NCBI GenBank assembly: GCA_965112155.1
Contig: OZ218101.1
Strand: one strand, 5' to 3'
Length of the DNA stretch: 64,000 bases
Origin: Podarcis liolepis
Taxonomy: Eukaryota
Positions 51,215 to 63,769 of this stretch are shown here, piece by piece. Numbering within the stretch: position 1 is the first letter of the stretch; the number at the start of each line of letters is the position of its first letter. The notes below the pieces were generated by a model. That model made no database searches and was not told where the DNA came from. It saw nothing but the letters and a program-made list of their open reading frames with translations. The position numbers and the translations under genes were made by a program.

Positions 51215-52322
51215 TTTTACCTCCCCCGTCCCAGGCAGTTACAGAGCTCATGAGATTTTGTGAGATTTCAGGAAGATCTCACAAGATCTTGCTAGCCTAA
51301 TACTGCTATTAAACCAACTAGATTTTGTAGGATTATGCATAGGGTTTCCATGTTGGGTTGCAGCTAGCACTGTCGGCATGGCAAGGTCCTGGCACTTACA
51401 TGACCTCCCTCTACTGACACTGCTGGTGTTGGCAGGATTGAGTATGGTTGGCACAGTGCAAACACACCGGTGCAGCCAAACTGGTTCTCATGCCAGTGTG
51501 TTCACACCATATCAACCTCACCTCATTCCTCCTCTACCTTCTTGTAAGCCACAGTGATGTCAGCATTGGGAGATATGCTAAGTGCCTCCCCCCACCAAAT
51601 GCTACTGGTTGGGGGTGGCCTATGATTTTAAAAGATTCCACCTTCTGCCCAAGTAGTGCTTTCATGTGGCCATTGTAGCTGTGCTTTTAACAGCAGCTCA
51701 ACATGCAGACATAGGGTGATATTCAATTAAATAATTGCATGAGTGGACCACAACTGGACTTTCCTCCCTCTCTTCCCCCTGTGAGTCCCCTAAATCCTTT
51801 GTACGGGTTCCCCTAAACACAGCGAAAAATATGGTAACTTGTTTTATATTCACCTAGGTCAGAAAGAAACTCAACCATAATCTTTCTCTTCCTCATTTGA
51901 CTCTCAGCTTCTTAATCATACCGATCCTTTCTATAATAGTTCAGAAATGTTATCTGCAATTGTCATGGCCCTATGCCTTATGCTTGTTTTTCTGTTAATG
52001 TATTTGCAAAATGCAGGCAGCCCCCCCATTTATGTTATGTTCCAAGACACTGCTCACTTTGATGAAATCATGTATAATCAAAATCCACTGAAAGAGCCGC
52101 AAACAGCCGGTTCTGCCCCTGACCCCCGCCCCCATTCTGCCCCTTTAGTGATGTTCCAGTGACCTCTTTATGACGTTTCCAGGTCACATCTGAGTTCAGC
52201 ACGATGCACGTACGTACAGTTGCACATATTTTGAACATGCACAACCAGGGGGCTGCCTGCATTTATTTTGAAACTTTTAAATAAAAGTTAGAAAAGGAAA
52301 ATGAAGAAGCTTCAGTGCATAT

Positions 52323-52773
52323 TGTTATGTATGCCGGCGTGGTTGCTTGAGAGTGAACAGACAAGACTCCCACTGGTCTTTTCAAGGCTTTATTATCTGT
52401 GCAAAACATTTACAGTGCAGAGCGTCTCAATTCCATGTCTGCTCAGTCGCTAGCAGAATCTGGGAGTGGGCAGTCCTTAAACCTTTCCCCAGCATAGCAG
52501 TCTTTTGACCCCCATCCTACGCCTCCCCTCTCTGCGTGTAAACCAACTGCGCAGAGAGGGCGTGGGCAAAGGGGGACTGGCCTCCCCCCGCTTTGTTCAG
52601 GCTCGGTGTTGCTGCTCTTCCTTGCATCTTCCGAGCCCTGCATCCCTTCCCCACTGGAGGCGGGACTTCCCTCCTCGCCGGAGGAAGAGCTGCTTCTCAC
52701 AATCTTCGGAGGCTCCCTGTAACCCAACTGTCCTTCCACCTCTTGTCTCTGAGCTGATGGCAGTTCCCTGACA
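52323..52773 (-). mobile_element. Solo LTR of an LTR retrotransposon (probably Gypsy/Ty3)
   Basis: TGT...ACA termini; 5-bp TSD catat (52318-52322, 52774-52778); AATAAA on minus strand at 52389-52394; CpG-rich, 451 bp. Confidence 0.88.
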
Positions 52774-54449
52774 CATATGCTCTTGGGATCGTGGCCAAGA
52801 GCTGCAATTCAATGTGCAAGTACGCATGCTTATATTCTGGTCATGTGCCTGTGGTTATGCACCCGCCTTGGTGCCACTCATGCTGAAATGATCATGCTTC
52901 TGTTCATTCTTTCCTGGATAGTGCAATCTTATTCTCAGTCAAACTCCTTCCAGCCCCCAGCCTTTCAGCACAACCTGAACGGTGCATTTCATGAAGCCAG
53001 ATCCCTTTGAACTTTGTAAAAAGAATTCAAGCGGTGGAGGGGAGAAGTTTCTGCTGCTGAAAGCACTGTATGCTCTGAGGAAATATGGGTGACAAGGCAG
53101 GATACACATTTGCATAAACAAACATTACACATGTTCTGGTGCTTTGTTGTCCTATACAAGAATGCTCTCTTTGAAAGTTTCATAGCCAATTAAAAGCCCT
53201 GTTAATTAAACATTATGCTCTTGCATCAATTAAATATGCACAATTGGCGCACTGTTTTTAAAGGCAAGTGTCAACATCCTTTAAATGCCACAATGAATAG
53301 TTTGACTTACTACATTGTTGGGCCGTGGAAAACATTGCTTTCCAAAGGTATAATTAATAAAAACTGAAAGATGGCATTTTTCTGTACACTTCATGCTACC
53401 AGCCTATCTTCAACTGCGGCTTTTCATAAGCTTGAGAGAACAACAATACCATTTCCATTTATTTAAATGTATTCTGAAGCCTCTTAGTTGTGATGAACAC
53501 AAAGAGGAAAAAAATGGCATTCAGCTAAGCAATGATTTGATATATGAAACTGATCTGTAATCAAAGTGGTCCATTCAAAAATTAGCATATATGACCTTTT
53601 TGTATATATCCAATCTTTGTATAAACATTTTTGAATTCTCTTTGCCTGAAAGGAAGCTGACTGGTAAAAGGGCATCATGTTTGCGCTTACTACTTCAGTA
53701 ATAACATGAATTAACCAAATTTTGGAAACTCAGTAAAATAGAAGTTTTAATTGCTGTATTAATTAGTAGGAAAGGATGGAGCAACTAAGCATATACAATT
53801 ATGTATCTGTTAGCTGAACTTCTGTAGTATATGAAAGCCCTTGAATAGAGGTCAGGTCATACAAATGATGGTAACAAAAAAGATGAAATTTTATACAAAT
53901 AATAGATCTTCTTGTGGCAAAAGCATCGTGCTTTTTGGAAAAGAGATATGCCATTGATACAGGCAGCAGTCTAATGTGGAGATCCTATTTGGTTTGGTAC
54001 TAAGGGGAAAATGCCCCAGAATGTTTGTTTTTAAAAATGGGCTTAATGACAAAGAGGTATTGAGCTTGTATCGGATGCCTTTTCCCTTCTATGGATAGAT
54101 GTCCCACTTAACTCATGCAGGCTAAAAGCAGGCCAGCCTTGGGCTAAGAACACTGAATAAGACTATTTTGTCCTTCCAGCATTCGTTTTGGGCACAATGA
54201 GAGTACTTTTGTAATTTTAGGTCTCTGTTTGTTTATATTTCAGGCACATGAAACATCCTTCCTGTACAGACTGTGAGCAAAATCAAGATCTTGTGGATAA
54301 GAAGCATAACAGATGGATTTCCAGAAGATGTGAGAGGAACGCTTGGCCTGCCAAAAGGGATACTGGCAAACATACTTCAAAAACAGTACGTGGCTATTAA
54401 ATCTTTATTGGGCCACACGAACTCACGTACATATGAATAATACTAATAG

Positions 54450-54990
54450 GCTATCTAATAGCTGGGAAATTTGCAGAGTGCAGTAAAGGCAGAGGTCATT
54501 TCTTGTGCCACTGTTGGAAAGGGATAGACTGGACGACCCAAGTAATTATAGGAGGGTTAGTCTGATATTGATTTGGGGGGGGGATGATGGAAAAGCTAAT
54601 GATGGATTCAGTCAAGAAGCATTTAAAGCATATCCTGCCATTAATAACAAGTCAACCTTCCTCTGTGGAAAATGGGTCTCATCAAACAAAAATAATTCAG
54701 TTTTTGCTGTGATTACAAATCTGGTTACTGATGAAAGCAACTCAGCTGATATTATACAACAAAGATCTCTCTGCCCTCCCCCCTGTAGTCAGTTGACCTA
54801 GGACTGCCTGAACAATGCATTGCCAATGAGACATGAATTAAAGATTGTACAATATCAACCAGTATATGACAAAATTAAATTATAATAAAATGATGTTCTT
54901 TCTGTTCCAGACCCAAGACTTAATATCCTCGTTCAAGAATCTGAAAGAGGATTTCAAAAATATTCGCTGATCACAGGATTACACTTGCAG
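54450..54990 (+). mobile_element. Highly decayed CR1 RT fragment
   Basis: VPLLERDRLDDPSNYRRVSLILIWG resembles CR1 VPIFKKG..EDPGNYRPVSLTSIPG. Confidence 0.65.
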
Positions 54991-57022
54991 CAGGGGATCA
55001 CATGCTTAAACGTAGATGAATGTAAGACTGCATCCTAGACATACTGGGCAACACTGTCTATGAGGTGCTTATGAGACTAAAGATGTACCTCACAAGCAGA
55101 CCTCTGAGTAGGCAAGTACAAGATAAGAGTAAGGAGTTTTATTTGCCCTCTGTATGTGTTGAAATGGCAAATCAGCTGAAAGGTGGAGCAAATATTTGGC
55201 AGCCATGGTCTTAAAAATATATCAAGGGAAACAGAGACACCAAAGAAGTCCCAAGAATGAGTAAAATAAATGGAAGTGAAACTGCCCTTCACAGTGAAAA
55301 AGCTTCTTAAACAGAATTTGATGACTTTGTTAAGTTTAGGCTTCAGATACCTAAAGGTGTGCCTCCTCCCACATAGACCAGACCAGGTGTCAAGATCTGC
55401 AAGGGAGGCTCTGCTTTCAGTTCTGTTGCTCTATGAAGTTCATGAAGGGCCACCAAAACCCTTAAAAGGCCACCCAATCCATTGTGTTGCTTCAATCTAG
55501 AAGTCATATCGAGGTTGAAATGTCGCCCCACTAGTTTTTCAATATTGTATTTATTTATTTTTTACATCATTAGGTCCTGTAACAGTGTCAGGTGGGTAAA
55601 AATGGGAAGCACAGGTGCACTGGCACCATCTCCAGGGGGCCCCTGGGGCCTGGGAACCCACACAATTTTTTCTGCCGGTGCCTGGCCTCTGCCCCCCTCC
55701 CACTGCTCAAGGTCACCCAGTGAGCCTTTATGGTCAAGTGGGCTTTGCATCCTGGTCCCCCAGATCCTATTCCCACACTCTTCGCCACACTGTCTCTCAC
55801 ACTGGCTGGCATGATTGAAAGGTATTCCTCAGTCTTGAAGGTGCTGCAGCTGCAGCTGATGGGGGCTGGGAAGAGCAGCAAATTGAGGTGAAAAGGGTAA
55901 CTTTGGACATTCTTTCAGGAAACACTGCAGAGCCCCTGAAAGCCCCTTTTCATACCAAAAAACGTTTGCTGGAGAACATTCAGTTCAGCCCTAATTGAAT
56001 CTAATACCAAGCGCATTAAAAATGGAAGAAAGGCACACATGTAACAATGAAGGTAATTAACCTTTGAAAGAGGCAACGAAGGGAAATCTCTTCAAATCTT
56101 CAAAGTCGACCTTCAAAAAGATGTTTTAATCAAACACACCAGAGAAGATTTGATATAGTAGTAACTGGGGAAAGTAAGATGCTGTGTATGAAACCAGTTG
56201 TTATTTCATCATCACTGCCTGACATTAAACCTTTACACTGCCAGAATGAGAGAGATGGTAATAATAAAATCCCAACTCAGCCTATTTTTCCCTTCAATTG
56301 TTTTGAGATAGATTAGGTGCTATTAATCCTTCCCCTTTGCCAATAATTTCCTGATTAAATTTGAACCCATCCACCCAGCTGCTATTTGCCTCATAATGCA
56401 AAACGTTCAGGTACCCAGATTTGCCCTTGCTACTTGTGGCTGCTAGTTTCCCCCTCTCAGAAAATAAAAAAGAAAATGGAAGATTGAGAATGAAGTATAT
56501 GGCAAATGCAAATTTCCCAGAACACCCCCAGCCCTCCCTTTGTGTTCTAGAACTTACTGCAAGGAAGTGGGGCAGCCAGTGGCAAGGAAGGCTGGTGTGG
56601 AAGGAATGGGGAGCACCTTATCTTTAAGGCCCGGGTGCCGCTGTGGTGTGTCCATTGCTACCATGGACCTTGAGTAAGCTGAATGGCACTGGGGACAGAG
56701 TTTCCCAAGTTCCCTGGCAGCAATGGACTCTCCTGTAGAGCATTCAGGTATTACATTAATCTGCCCCTGCACACCAGTCTTCTTTGCTGCTAGTTCCCCT
56801 TCGTTGCATGGGTAAATTTCAGTCAAGAAGGGGAGGGCTGCTGTCAAGAAGGACTGCCTGGCAGTGGACACCACTGGAGTTTGGCAGGTTTGGGACTCAG
56901 TTCACAAGGACTTGTGATTTTCTGACTGCCAAGCTCAAGTGTGGGATATCAGAGCACCCTTCAGAGTGGCGGATTATCGGAAGCACAAGATTGGTCTGCA
57001 TATGCAGCTGCCCTTTTCTTCT

Positions 57023-57325
57023 AGCCAGTGTGGTGTAGTGGTCAAGAGCGGTGGACTCGTAATCTGGTGAACCGGATTTGCATCTCCGCTCCTCCACATG
57101 CAGCTGCTGGGTGACCTTGGGCTAGTCACACTTCTCTGAAGTCTCTCAGCCCCACTCACCTCACAGAGTGTTTGTTGTGGAGGAGGAAGGGAAAAGAGAA
57201 TGTTAGCCGCTTTGAGACTCCTTAGGGTAGTGATAAAGCAGGATATCAAATCCAAACTCTCCTCCTCCTCCTCCTCCTCCTCCTCCTCCTCCTCCTCCTC
57301 CTCCTCCTCTTCTTCTTCTTCTTCT
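57023..57325 (+). mobile_element. CORE SINE (Squam3-like) with (CCT)n(CTT)n tail
   Basis: Near-identical to 30469; ttcttcta flanks both ends. Confidence 0.88.
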
Positions 57326-57824
57326 AACATCTGGATCCTCTGCCAGTTCATTTGTTACCTTGCTTGTCTACAAGCCATCTACAAATGACTACGGCAAGAT
57401 TCTTTTTTGTGCGGTGCCAGACTGACATGTATGTGTGAACTTGTGTGAACTGGAAAAAAAAAGCTGCAGCCAAAGAATCTCGATATAATCAAATTCAATT
57501 TCATTTATAGACCCCCCACGCCCCATCCCACAGAGAGGTAAAGACAAAAGGAAGGGACTGAAAACTGCCATAAATGGCCTGCGCCCCTGTTCTGGAATTA
57601 ACTTTAGGAATTCTCTGACTTAAATCAGAATGCTGGAGGAAAGATGACAGCAGAAAGCAATAAAAGGACAGAATAGGGGAAATCTGCTCATCCCAAACCT
57701 TGCCTTCATTAAAAGGCAGTGTAGGTGTGTGATTTGTCGAGCTTTCATTTGTGTGTCTTCCATTCAGGGGTATCAGCTAGACAGATTTATTAATAGGAAA
57801 ATCCTATACGAGTCTACTTAGAAG

Positions 57825-58241
57825 TAGGGGTGATGGAGAAATTTGAATCAGTTCTCATCTGAAGTAGAAAGTATATCATTCATATTTTCCAGAACAATAT
57901 GTGAATCAAAACACAGCTATCGATTGAAAGTCACACTTATCCAAATTTTGTAGTTCATGAACCAAAATGCATATTTCAGGGAAGACTGTGCATAAAAAGG
58001 AATGCTTTGGTGAAAATAACACATAAAAAGTGCATTATAGGAAAACTGCAAAAACGTGTCCGTTAGTGAAAACAGCACATAAAAATGTGTCAATTAGGAA
58101 AAATTCACACTAAACTGCTGGTGAATTTTCATGAGTTCTTTTTTTAAATTGCTAATTGCTGTAAGATTTGGAAAACAGGAATTTAAGATTAGAAAAATGA
58201 GAAATCGGGAGAACCAAAATGGACAGATCCTTCCATTCTTA
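57825..58241. mobile_element. hAT (Ac-like TAGGG ends) non-autonomous element
   Basis: Ends taggggtgatggag / ccttccattctta; TSD cttagaag (57817-57824) / ctcagaag (58242-58249); splits a 90-bp repeat copy. Confidence 0.75.
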
Positions 58242-59912
58242 CTCAGAAGTCATAATGAGTTCAGTGGGGCTTACTTTGAAATATGTGGAAACAGGAGTGC
58301 AGCCCGAATGGGTAAATCTATCAGAGTCTTTCTACTGCTTATGAATACAATTGACCTTGAATTTGCTGAAAGGCACCCACAAGCAATTGTTTTGCTTGCA
58401 AAATAGAAGCTCAAAGACTTGTTTGCTCTCAGCCAGTTATGTCTGGAGAATGGAGCATAATCAGATGTGGCTGTGAGACTAAAGTTGCATATGCTTGCTG
58501 TTCACCCCATAATACCTGCTTGATGCACACATTTGTAAATTAATTAAAGTTTTATAAAGTCACCATAAGTCTCCAGTGCTCCCTCGTGCTCTCCTGTGAA
58601 AGAAAACTGATCTTGCGAAAGGTGCCCTAGATTTTCTTCTGCTTAGGCAAAATGTTTAGATGCAATAATAGCAGCCATGCAGTGAGGCACCAAATTTCAG
58701 AAAACTGAAGCACTGGTATATCTTTTTCTCCAGAAGGACACAAGGCCATCTCTTTACATTTTCTCTTGTGAAGTATATAACTATAAGTTGCACGATCAAC
58801 AATGTATTCGAAAATAAAATCCTTTATGGCTTCAAAATACAGAGGTCCTGGAGTCTGAGTAATAATATGCTAATATGTAAAAACAACTTCCCTTTAATTT
58901 CTAAGCTTACACTTCAGGCTTCCCTATGCAACAAGAATCTAGGCATATATGCATTATTTCTGAGATTGGGTAAGCTATGTGGTGGGCAACTGAGAAAATG
59001 ATGGAGTAGAGCTCTTGTCCAGGTAGAAAATGAGTAGGGTTTCAACCCACCCACAACTCCTTCTCCAACTGTCCCTGAAATTAAAGAGCTGGTGGGTATT
59101 GCATGCACACTATCTATAGACCTACTAAGGATCAATGGGTTCAATCAGCAATGGACAAGTACCCAGTGCTGATCTGGGGGAATGTGTACTGGGAGGAAGC
59201 ATTTGGTCACATGCTTCTACTCAGCCACTGAAAAGTCTTCTCCTTCCTCATGTGTCTCTGAAGCTCTGATGACCTCATGTAGGTGGGAGATAATACACTT
59301 GTTCTCCCTTCTGCCACTGAGTTTGCCAGATTTTCAGCCAGCTTCCATAACTGTGCTGTTTTAACTGCCGCTGATTGTGGAAACTTTAGCAAAGGTTCAT
59401 GTTGATCTCCGTGCTATGGAATGCTTCACCTGCTGACTTCTGCAGATCAAGCTAGAGTTTTGAGACAAGATAAGCAGGCGAGTTTTTTTCTGGACAGCTG
59501 ACAATCCAGTCTGAAAGTCTAAAAATACTGTCTACTATACAAGCTGAGGATGGCACTGCCCACATCCTAATTGGACTGGGTTCACAGGAAAGTTCAAAGG
59601 CCATGTTGCTGCTTGCCAGCTGAACCCAGGCCCAGGCCCCACTCTAGCCTTGTTCATGCATGTTATTCACCTGGGTACAGAATATGTGAGAGGCCTACTG
59701 AGAATATGCATGACTAGACCCACCCCCAGTTGCCAGCATGTGCACCGACCTTGCCCCCAGCCAACACACCATCAGCATTAGGGACTCTATGCCTATATTG
59801 TTGTATGTACATAGAATCCTTCCATAGGGGTCTGGTTCACATCCCTATGAGGGATATATGTCAGACTGGTGCCAATCACACATTGCCCCAGGGTGTGGTC
59901 AGCATGTGTTTT

Positions 59913-60079
59913 AAAGGTAAAGGTAAAGGACCCCTGGATGGTTAAGTCCAGTCAAAGGCGACTATGGGGTTGCGGCGCTCACCTCCTTTCAGGCCGAGGG
60001 AACAGGTGTTTGTCCACAGATAGCTTTTTGGGTCATGTGGCCAGCATGACTAAACCGCTTCTGGCGCAACAGAACACTG
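59913..60079 (-). mobile_element. 5'-truncated Sauria SINE
   Basis: (aaaggt)n tail and ggtcatgtggccagcatgactaaaccgcttctggcg shared with the other copies. Confidence 0.88.
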
Positions 60080-60232
60080 TTAAACATAAAACAAGTGATT
60101 TATGTTAACAGCATATCCTTGGAAGCAGATTCACGCATTTGGTACCCAGAGGTAACAAATGCCTGAACAGGGCTTGTGTTGTTTGGAATGTGGGAAATGA
60201 CTTGGTACCTGAGCCATGAGAGTGGGTACCCT

Positions 60233-60674
60233 TAGAATATCATAGAATCATAGAATCATAGAGTTGGAAGAGACCACAAGGGCCATCGAGTCCAACCCCC
60301 TGCCAAGCAGGAAACACCATCAGAGCACTCCTGACATATGGTTGTCAAGCCTCTGCTTAAAGACCTCCAAAGTAGGAGACTCCACCACACTCCTTGACAG
60401 GAAATTCCACTGTCGAACAGCTCTTACTGTCAGGAAGTTCTTCCTAATGTTTAGGTGGAATCTTCTTTCTTGTAGTTTGGATCCATTGCTCCGTGTCCGC
60501 TTCTCTGGAGCAGCAGAAAACAACCTTTCTCCTTCCTCTATGTGACATCCTTTTATATATTTGAACATGGCTATCATATCACCCCTTAACCTCCTCTTCT
60601 CCAGGCTAAACATGCCCAGCTCCCTTAGCCGTTCCTCATAAGGCATCGTTTCCATGCCTTTGACCATTTTGGTT
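60233..60674 (-). mobile_element. Young CR1 LINE 3' fragment
   Basis: Open frame TKMVKGMETMPYEERLRELGMFSLEKRRLRGDMIAMFKYIKG...LEVFKQRLDNHMSGVL*; (ATTCTATG)n tail. Confidence 0.95.
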
Positions 60675-61129
60675 ACAGGGAACTGCAGCAGCCTGGAATA
60701 CAAGAACAATATAGGTGTTAGTGGCAGCTAAACACTTGTGGAGCAATTGAGAGCATGTAGAATCTACACTAATGGGTAGCAGTGAGGGAGCCATCCAGTA
60801 CTTAGTGGGTCAGCCACTGGGATAGTGTTCAACATGAGACTAGCCATGAAGAAATAGCCATGAAGCAGAGAATGCAATCTTGATCTGCAGCACTTAGGAT
60901 AGCTCTCAGGCAGGAGACAACCTGCCCCAAGATCCAGGGTCTTTTTCTCCCTGATGGCCCTGCTACCTCTCTTAAGCTCTATCCCTTCTTTGAAAGGGAG
61001 ATCTTTAAAGGGAGAGCCTCCTGTCCTGGAGCGTGATGTTTGATGATTTCCAGATGGATTCAGTGGAAACTCTAGCATGAGTGCCTGAGTGATCATGGGA
61101 CTTTTGATAGAGAATGTGATAGTTCTGGG

Positions 61130-61133
61130 CTGT

Positions 61134-61172
<39 letters not shown>
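61130..61172 (+). repeat. (TG)n microsatellite
   Basis: Interrupted TG run. Confidence 0.95.
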
Positions 61173-61173
<1 letters not shown>

Positions 61174-62084
61174 CTTAGGGGGTTCTGGAGGTCTGCACAT
61201 GGTTCAGAGTGCTTGATCAGTAGCTAAGTTAAAACAGTGGGTATCTGGGTCCTTAATAGCTGGAATTTCAAGGTAACAGAGTTACCCAGACCTCTTGTGT
61301 CTTCTCTTCCAAGTCACAATCTTGGTTACTGCTCTAGGCTGAGGTCATGAAGAGGAGGCGGTGAGCAGCAGAAACCAGAGTGACAAGCATTAAGCTGCCT
61401 GCAGAATAGTCTGTATGCGCACATTAGACATTATTCAGATGAGGCTAGATATTTCTGCCTCCAAAAAACAATATATTCAGCTGACTGAATTATTTTCTCT
61501 GAAATCTCTCCTGTGATCACTTTACACATGACCAGTTTTGTTGGTTGATTTGTATTTGCTTAAAGGAGAAATAGATGTGGTATAATAAAAAAGGAGAATT
61601 CATTTGATGCCTAGATCGAGGTTTGGGGCAAGTACTCTTTGGTGAGAGAGCCCCAGCAAAGATTTAAAATCACAAAATATGCAGCAAAGTTTGGAAATAC
61701 AGGCTGTTAGACTTTTAAAATGTCCCCTTCTAAGTTGCTTCTAACTTCTCCACTTCTCTTAGTATAGGGAGACTACAGTTTGGTTTACTTACAAACTCTT
61801 CAAAGGCCAGATTCATATGCTTTTCCATACAGCAGCAAGAAAAGACAGGCGATATAACTTAGGTTCCAAAATGGTAAATGCTTCTAAATTATTTGTATAG
61901 AAACATAAAGATGGCTTGCTTAAGCCACATGGTCTAAGCTTGGAGCATCCAGCTTAGACTTCCTTACCGGTAGAGTTCAAATGGTGGAAGATAAGAGAAC
62001 AAATAGTTTAGTAACCCTTCCTCCCAAGATGAGGGGAAGTGACCTAGCTAAGCCTGGCAGGACAGCTTCCTCAATGGTGTAGAT

Positions 62085-62501
62085 CATGGGTAGGCAAATT
62101 AAGGCCCAGGGACCGGATCTGGCCCAATCGCCTTCTAAATCTGAAGGCAGCCCTGTTTAGGGAAGATTTTAATGTTTAACAGACTATTGTATTTTAATAT
62201 TTTGTTGGAAGCCGCCCAGAATGGCTATTATTATTATTAATCAGGCCCACGGACAGTCTGGGAATCAGCGTGTTTTTACATGAATAGAATGTGTCCTTTT
62301 ATTTAAAATGCATCTCTGGGTTATTTGTGGGGCCTTCCTGGTGTTTTTTACACAAGTAGAATGTGTGCTTTTATTTAAAATGGGTTATTTGTGGGGCATA
62401 GGAATTCGTTCATTTTCCTCCCTCAAAATATAGTCCAGCCCCCCACAAGGTCTGAGGGACAGTGGACCGGCCCCCTGCTGAAAAAGTTTGCTGACTCCCT
62501 G
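62085..62501. mobile_element. hAT MITE with nested L2-tail insertion (~62142-62238) and internal ~70-bp duplication
   Basis: TIRs catgggtaggcaaa / tttgctgactccctg; perfect 8-bp TSD gtgtagat (62077-62084, 62502-62509). Confidence 0.9.
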
Positions 62502-63769
62502 GTGTAGATATATAACTGTTTCCCATATTATGCAAAGGGTTGGCTTTGGAAAATTTCAACTTGGAAACAGTAGAAGGAAATATGTGAGGAAGGAAGTTAT
62601 AGAATCCACAGTTCTGCTCTATAGATTCCTGAGCTGTTGCTATCACTTGAATACTTAGACAAAGCAATGTGCGTACCATACCATTGTGTAAATATGGGCA
62701 AGCTGTTCAGTGAAGTTGTCAGAGCTGTGAATGGATGGCAGGGCACAGGATCCATGGATTGTGAGATAAGAGGACCGATGAAGAGTTTGTTGTTATTGCC
62801 TGTCTGCATGGCAAGTAAACTTCTATTCTGATTCTGTGCCAAAAAGGCATGTCCTGTAGTTGCACACCAGTACTTCATAATGCCAGCATGTCTTGAATCT
62901 AAAGTGGCTCTTAGCTATTTTATTAATGACTGTTTGCTTATTCTCGCCCAGTCTGTCTCCCAGAGTATAGATAACTGCAGTGCACATAGGCTAGCAGATA
63001 AGAAAGGATGTTAGAGAAATCTTAGCTGTGCAAACAATAGTTTAATGTGACTTGTTCAATTTTCTAAGTAATTTTGTGTGAATGTGAGTCATCTAAATGA
63101 GCTGCCTCTCGTCATCTTTTGTGGGAAAGCGTTCTCATTCATAAGCGCCTGGCTAGACTGTGTCTCCGTGTTGAAGTGCCTTCCAAGAAACATGCCAATC
63201 ACAGGGCTCACGATTTTGGTCCTTGGATTTGGAAGCCAGACACTGTCAGCTGTGCTAGAAACTCAGGAGTTTCACTTCCATACAGTGCCAAGCACATTAA
63301 TTCTTTCCTCTCCTTTCTAAATTGCCTTTTAACATTTTCCATCTGGCCTGCTGTGTTTTATTTATTTATTTTAAAATTTTGAGGAAAAAAAGATCTCCAC
63401 CTTTTCTCTCTCCTTTCTGTTGCAATGAATTTGATTTGGAATCATAAGGAAGGGAGAAGGGAATAAATAGATTCAGAGGGTGGATGGGTGGGGGGGGGGA
63501 GAGGGAGAGAGAGAGAGAGAGAGAGAGGAAAGGTACTGTCAGAGTCTTTGCATATCAAAATGCAAAAATAACCAAATCACATTAATACATTCATATAATA
63601 TTATACCCTTATATTAAAAAAGTATAGAAAACATAAAGTGCTTTTTTTTTTTAGCTTATCACATGTATCAGGAAAGGTTTCCATGAACATTTATTATGCG
63701 TTTCAGTAGGCTTACGTGTCCTGAATGAATCTTGTAAATAGCTGAGTGCATGAAAATTCATTTAAATTA

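Noticed and set aside
60764-61096. 110-aa minus-strand ORF, faintly DIRS-like at its start
   Set aside because: No further RT motifs; similarity too weak to call
63477-63530. G-quadruplex-capable G/GA tract
   Set aside because: Simple low-complexity repeat with no supporting context
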